Source: a virus
Lineage: Duplodnaviria > Caudoviricetes
Length of the DNA: 40,634 bases
Virus record (IMG/VR): IMGVR_UViG_3300028629_000021
Span: 1-40,634 of that record
Reading direction: 5' to 3' (one strand)
Each line of letters starts with the position of its first letter. Position 1 is the first letter of the stretch. A program made the translations under genes and the position numbers. Shown piece after piece: positions 38,201 to 40,634 of this stretch. Under the pieces are notes generated by a model that was not told the DNA's origin, searched no databases, and worked only from the letters and a program-made list of their open reading frames with translations.

Positions 38201-38732
38201 GTCCGAAATGCCCCAGAAGTATCTTGAAGCCGGCAACGGGCGAATCTTTTACATGCTCAAGACCTTCACGCTGAAACAGTTCGACATTTTCCGGCGGGAA
38301 GTATTCCAGAAGATAGCCAAGCGGGGCACGCGGTTGGAAGGAATCAGGAATCTTGTCTGGCTGGCGGCGAGCTTTGCGGCGGCCAATGCCGGGGCCGATT
38401 TGATCAAGGCCGTCATCCTGGGGCGTCCCATCGACGCAAACGATATGGTGGTGGACAACCTGTTGCGGCTCTTCGGCGTCTCCAAGTTTGTCACCTGGAA
38501 GGCGCGGGAAGAAGGCGCGGGATCGGCCATGGTGCGGCAGATCATACCTCCGTTCAAGGCGGCGGACGCCCTGAGCAAGGACATCTTCGGGAAGAAAGAC
38601 GGCAAGGGGCTGGAAATAACGCAGTCTATCCCGGTGGTGGGCAAGCTTTATTACTGGTGGTTCGGCAAAGGGGCGGAGAAGTCGCGCAAAAAGCGGGAGA
38701 AGATGAACAGCCTGGGGAGCGACGACGAATAA
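32262..38732 (+). CDS. Large polyvalent ejection protein with ddrB/ParB-like and JAB/RadC domains
   Basis: LIASH...YP..LQPRDR...GAPIV....VESGNGR (ParB-like); QEH...HNHPSG.TRLSDPD (JAB). Confidence 0.85.
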   Translation: MLVEFEGAIHEFPDDFTDKDISAALKSIGKPPAAAPPSPRPSGLLDRLTAGLAEGIKASGAESDLMTAAGGPVELPSLTDAGTSLARGITSGMMTVPELGAKLLGDAADQEKYKAARLGMADERAEAKKNYGIGGKVLLDMLEGVGSLAATLPVDILTGGITKDVLMADRVARLFSPMLKGVIEASPGFALGMAGRGALTEAADREYDPLTRAARTVAGGVEGLTLGKLFETAMGVGKGLDLPGRLAAQLGVQTPLGVGMAGMEAAKEGRLPTVEELASGAGMGAGFGIFGALKGKPKLDTEALNDFKYERDMFRSELADRVREFAGDRMSDAEADAFTRAFESAELKKQNITEPSAEDYRRGRENLANISEAMRQGFNRERGLNLLEPPGGLKAEGVLSNPIAAEAILRGNKPPRIAADETALGVNAALERLLQEMGREKALPAGQGFELKDEPAMSRFSPELASLVRQLSGRAALPSGERGFELQGKAYDPIERFLRDLIAKDRERKALPPPPREGEGFTFSDSTDSPKTMLRKGEPSWTAGRLPEEGELQVDYKPRLTRGGTPFKSVATAQAAINKLGLQDSFVVVPVEGGYGLKRAGTSPKPSAGEIVEPGATSGGVGQEVPESDRVTGGGAVPGRSDRIKTAAGTPVDIQYAVVPADSLIASHDTAMRINKNYPASLQPRDRTRAASDVQVSGIAKKLDPNFLGESYDAGTGAPIVGKDLVVESGNGRVIAVKMAYENIPDKAAAYREWLDANAEKFGVDRAAIGKMKNPVLVRVRTTPVDRVAFSREANEAGIAAMSAVEQAKVDAAKMKPGLMDLLDAGEAGDLTAAANRDFVRGFLEAVVSPSERGRYLTKDGLVSQEGVNRMRNAVFARAYGESQALSLLSEATDSNIRNITNSLVSVAGKMSRLDDMIKEGKRHPLSISQAIGQAADKMSTLRQQGMSVDAYLKQGAMFDDGLTDQAKGLLWVFDEFKRSSKALTNILAGYVEQVNKVGDPHQQSLLDNAPIPDYNDLIQRSISDERAGRQQTVYPDLFEAGVGAAGSAKEASGDRRGVSEARREWDREPAGTAGAAAEREGISSRKRSYGTAQVEIDFEGARPLPDGGGVEYPLVGEAKIGAAKSDYQDEFTSQDAAQIGRDLISKYPQEHLIAIFTDKNGRPVSVMRHVIGGTTSSATYIELIAGKAVNYDAGGIYMVHNHPSGNTRLSDPDMRLFRALGGLLQGTGIEAKDMIAVGPETWGNSQGSNIAFPADAKGKEGIEIPYFERVFASPGKKLTTISGKDDFLRYARKEMPDGGIILLNAVNEVVATMKGLPDYGAIRKAGLRELLGESEKRAAAAMLIYEPNRALSFDDIKNVGAFANAAGLALHDVYTKRGSYREAYGNPQQGAGNIFHEGITSLFSPEAWRRNFIPLAKDLSRAIPRLEALGRFVFDAGKKTAKEWVAAMKSYLGDLWTKFREQLRDIWNNLKAMNRKKGPGNEASKRHKEYLKSINSDLPNPSRPPEVGGQSGRKGPLGNQRGAVNIKPLAPVADALRDFKREIGKTIDEYTGAISTRLGNIDPGIKGTLRKFEYRRGVTAAKRVDRVLPFLKKVAKMPKEDKSAFDLARKNGNPGELKRLVTKYKLGKEYHELRLLLAEMHKEATDVGYDVGFLSNYHPRVLKDTQGFLRYMYRQDDWPILQKAIRAKEEDLRRYLTDEEKAKLVNTMLRGYPVAGISLGKTGQMKAREITRVTPELNKFYMDSDGALLRYISDVTDAVEARKLFGRTARGGAIGNIEDTIGGYILDLLQKGKIKPENERELRDILIARFNEVGTRGLFSLYKNLSYIDTMGSSISAVTQIGDIAWAIYKNGLPKATSAAARALVGGSPIRKEDIGIERIASEFADTGKMARAVDKTFKIIGLAKVDNIGKESLINSTWKAERKKAMSDKGAEKLRKELSPIFEEETEQLIRDLRDGNITDNVKFYLFYVLSDFQPISLSEMPQKYLEAGNGRIFYMLKTFTLKQFDIFRREVFQKIAKRGTRLEGIRNLVWLAASFAAANAGADLIKAVILGRPIDANDMVVDNLLRLFGVSKFVTWKAREEGAGSAMVRQIIPPFKAADALSKDIFGKKDGKGLEITQSIPVVGKLYYWWFGKGAEKSRKKREKMNSLGSDDE

Positions 38733-39382
38733 TGGCCGACCTTCCCTTTCTAATTCAAGCCGCGAACGTCCAGGAGCTGGTCCGGAAGGTGCAGCACCTT
38801 ATGGACGACCTTTACCACGACCGGATCGCCGGGGCGGAGATCGGGGACGTCTTCTCCGTCGGGAGCGATAACATCTTAACCATTGCCCTGGCGGCTGCGG
38901 GGGGATTGGAAAAATCCAGTGGGGAATTGCAGATAAAAGTATCCCCAACCGGGGGATTGCAGACCGGCAGCAGCGGCGCCGCTATCAAATGCAAGACGGG
39001 GGGCGGGGTTACTGTGGACGCTGGTGGCCTGTCTGCATCGGGCGCGGCGGTGGACAACTTCAAAACTATAAACTGCCCGTCCGGGACCAATCCAGTAGCG
39101 GCGGCGGCGGCGGATACCCTGAACCTGGCGGCAGGGAACGGGATCACCGTCACCGGGGATAGCGGCACCAAGACAGTAACCTTTGCCGTCAAGCAACAAA
39201 CGCATTTGGCGGACGCCGTGGCAGTATCGGGCGTTACCGCCGGTGCAGGGGCGGACAGTATTGATCGCGGCGCCCTCAACACCAGTCTCGGGACGCTGGT
39301 AACGGAAATCAACGCCATTAAGACGGTGCTTAATAACCTGATTGCTAAATTAGAATCGGCAGAAATAATCGCGTCATCGTAA
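38732..39382 (+). CDS. Fibre/tail-associated protein
   Basis: GGL repeats, ADTLNL.AGNGI.VT, C-terminal coiled coil. Confidence 0.65.
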   Translation: MADLPFLIQAANVQELVRKVQHLMDDLYHDRIAGAEIGDVFSVGSDNILTIALAAAGGLEKSSGELQIKVSPTGGLQTGSSGAAIKCKTGGGVTVDAGGLSASGAAVDNFKTINCPSGTNPVAAAAADTLNLAAGNGITVTGDSGTKTVTFAVKQQTHLADAVAVSGVTAGAGADSIDRGALNTSLGTLVTEINAIKTVLNNLIAKLESAEIIASS

Positions 39383-39393
39383 AGGAGGCACGA

Positions 39394-40365
39394 ATGAGCA
39401 CAACCATCGAGAAAAGCCCCATCGGAGAGCAGGACCTGAATCGATGGGCGGGTACTTCCAGCGAGACATTCACCAGGGAGACAAGCGCCGGGTACGACAT
39501 CACCCTGAGAAAGATCGGCGCGGCGGTTGATGTCGTCATGAGTTACGGCGGCGGGGTTAACTTTGACCGGGCGGCGATTGCGGCGGCGCTGACGGCTATC
39601 GGCGCAACCAACAAGGTGGGCCTGGTGCTGCGACCGGGGACCTGGGACATTGACGATGACATAACCATTACGAGCAACATCGCCCTCATGCCGGCGCCCG
39701 GGTGCAAATTCACGGTGGCCGCCGGCAAGACCGCAACCATACAGGGGCCGGTCATGGCGGGACCGTACCAATGGATCTACGGCACCGGGACGACGACGAT
39801 CAGCACCTATCCGCAGGATCAAATTTGGTGGGGCAACACGCAGCGCACGGATTTCGGCAGCGTGCGCTGGTCCGTCGGCAGCGATGCCAACGGCGACATA
39901 TACTACCGCAAGGACGGCGTCCTGACACGACTGGCAAAAGGGGGCACTAACAGCATATTGACCATGGGGGTTCAAACATTGCCATATTGGGACGAAACTC
40001 CATATGTGGGCCTCCCGGAAATAATCGCGTCAGAAACACAGTCGCTGTCTGCCTGGCAGCTAAAGGGGTCGATAGTCAACAATTACGGACAGGCCGCGGA
40101 CGCTGTCATTACGCTGGCCGCGGCGGCTGTGGGCCTGTCGTTTATCGTTATATTGGGGACCACCGTCGCCAAATATTACCGGTTGGACCCGAATGCCAAC
40201 GATAGCATCTATCTCCTCGGGACCACCACGGGGGATGGTAAGTATGTCGGGATAGCAAGTGCGGTAAAGGGAGCGGCGATTTCTTTTACGTCATTCCGTA
40301 GCGGGGCCGCAACCTATGACTGGTATGCCGCGCCCATATCCGGCACCTGGGTGGCGGAGGCGTAG
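39394..40365 (+). CDS. Tail fibre/spike-like protein
   Basis: DV..YGG.....AI.AA head-binding-like region, GDIYY....LTRLAKG motif, ITL.AAAVGLSF domain. Confidence 0.7.
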   Translation: MSTTIEKSPIGEQDLNRWAGTSSETFTRETSAGYDITLRKIGAAVDVVMSYGGGVNFDRAAIAAALTAIGATNKVGLVLRPGTWDIDDDITITSNIALMPAPGCKFTVAAGKTATIQGPVMAGPYQWIYGTGTTTISTYPQDQIWWGNTQRTDFGSVRWSVGSDANGDIYYRKDGVLTRLAKGGTNSILTMGVQTLPYWDETPYVGLPEIIASETQSLSAWQLKGSIVNNYGQAADAVITLAAAAVGLSFIVILGTTVAKYYRLDPNANDSIYLLGTTTGDGKYVGIASAVKGAAISFTSFRSGAATYDWYAAPISGTWVAEA

Positions 40366-40367
40366 CC

Positions 40368-40634
40368 ATGATCAGGCCGGCGTTCTTAGGATCAACAATA
40401 GGCGGTTATTTTGGCAGCAGCACGAAAGTCATGCTGCATTGCAACGGCACCGACGGCAGTACGACGATAGAGGATTCGTCATCCGCGCCAAAAACATTCA
40501 CCGCCCGCGGAGGCGCCGCCCTGGATACCGCACAGAAACGATTCGGCACGGCCTCGCTGCTGCTGGACGGCGTAGATGACTACATCGACACGCCGGATCA
40601 TGACGATTTCGCGTTAGGGTCTGATCCGCTTACG
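40368..40634 (+). CDS. LamG/concanavalin-like domain protein (runs off window)
   Basis: Manual translation: ...TKVMLHCNGTDGSTTIEDSS...LDTAQKRFGTASLLLDGVDDYIDTPDHDDF. Confidence 0.85.
   Translation, partial: MIRPAFLGSTIGGYFGSSTKVMLHCNGTDGSTTIEDSSSAPKTFTARGGAALDTAQKRFGTASLLLDGVDDYIDTPDHDDFALGSDPLT

Larger units (their letters stand above)
1..40634. mobile_element. Tailed dsDNA phage/prophage (podovirus-like layout), partial
   Basis: Colinear cro, RusA, replication initiator, TerS/TerL, lysozyme, portal, scaffold, capsid, nozzle, ejection and fibre genes. No tape measure or sheath gene seen, and no host genes. Confidence 0.95.

Noticed and set aside
18434-39975. Long antisense ORFs (e.g. 18956-20029, 28081-29529, 34302-35357, 38812-39975)
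   Set aside because: They are shadow frames of GC3-rich sense genes, with no motifs or RBS.
38732-40634. Second VR in the fibre genes
   Set aside because: No match to the TR found by eye at the 3' ends of these ORFs. The last gene is truncated, so a VR beyond the window cannot be excluded.
1-40634. CRISPR array, tRNA, integrase/att, IS elements
   Set aside because: No regularly spaced repeats, cloverleafs, or recombinase/transposase motifs recognised by eye.

Overview
The window is most of a tailed dsDNA phage or prophage with a podovirus-like layout. Both ends are cut off, and no integrase, att site or host gene is visible. Bases 1-2.4 kb hold a leftward early operon: a YqaJ-like exonuclease, a methyltransferase remnant and a Mom/GNAT-like gene. 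A symmetric divergent promoter/operator switch follows, with a leaderless cro but no recognisable CI between the promoters. The rightward early block encodes a SNF2 helicase-methyltransferase fusion, RusA, a replication initiator and a DHH phosphoesterase. TerS/TerL are separated from the portal by a complete diversity-generating retroelement (DGR) and a lysis cassette. The DGR comprises a target gene with VR 14053-14165, avd, TR 14628-14740 and RT; all 24 TR/VR mismatches fall at TR adenines. The head genes are followed by a signal-peptide Ser/Thr-rich protein paired with an O-antigen-ligase-family gene. Then come adaptor/nozzle genes, a GNAT, ejection proteins including a 2156-aa polyvalent protein (ParB-like plus JAB/RadC), and fibre genes. 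Less obvious features are nested FCCH-like domains splitting the DGR target fold, a duplicated membrane-protein plus micropeptide module, and a possible phage-encoded O-glycosylation pair. All family assignments come from recognising motifs by eye, not from database searches.
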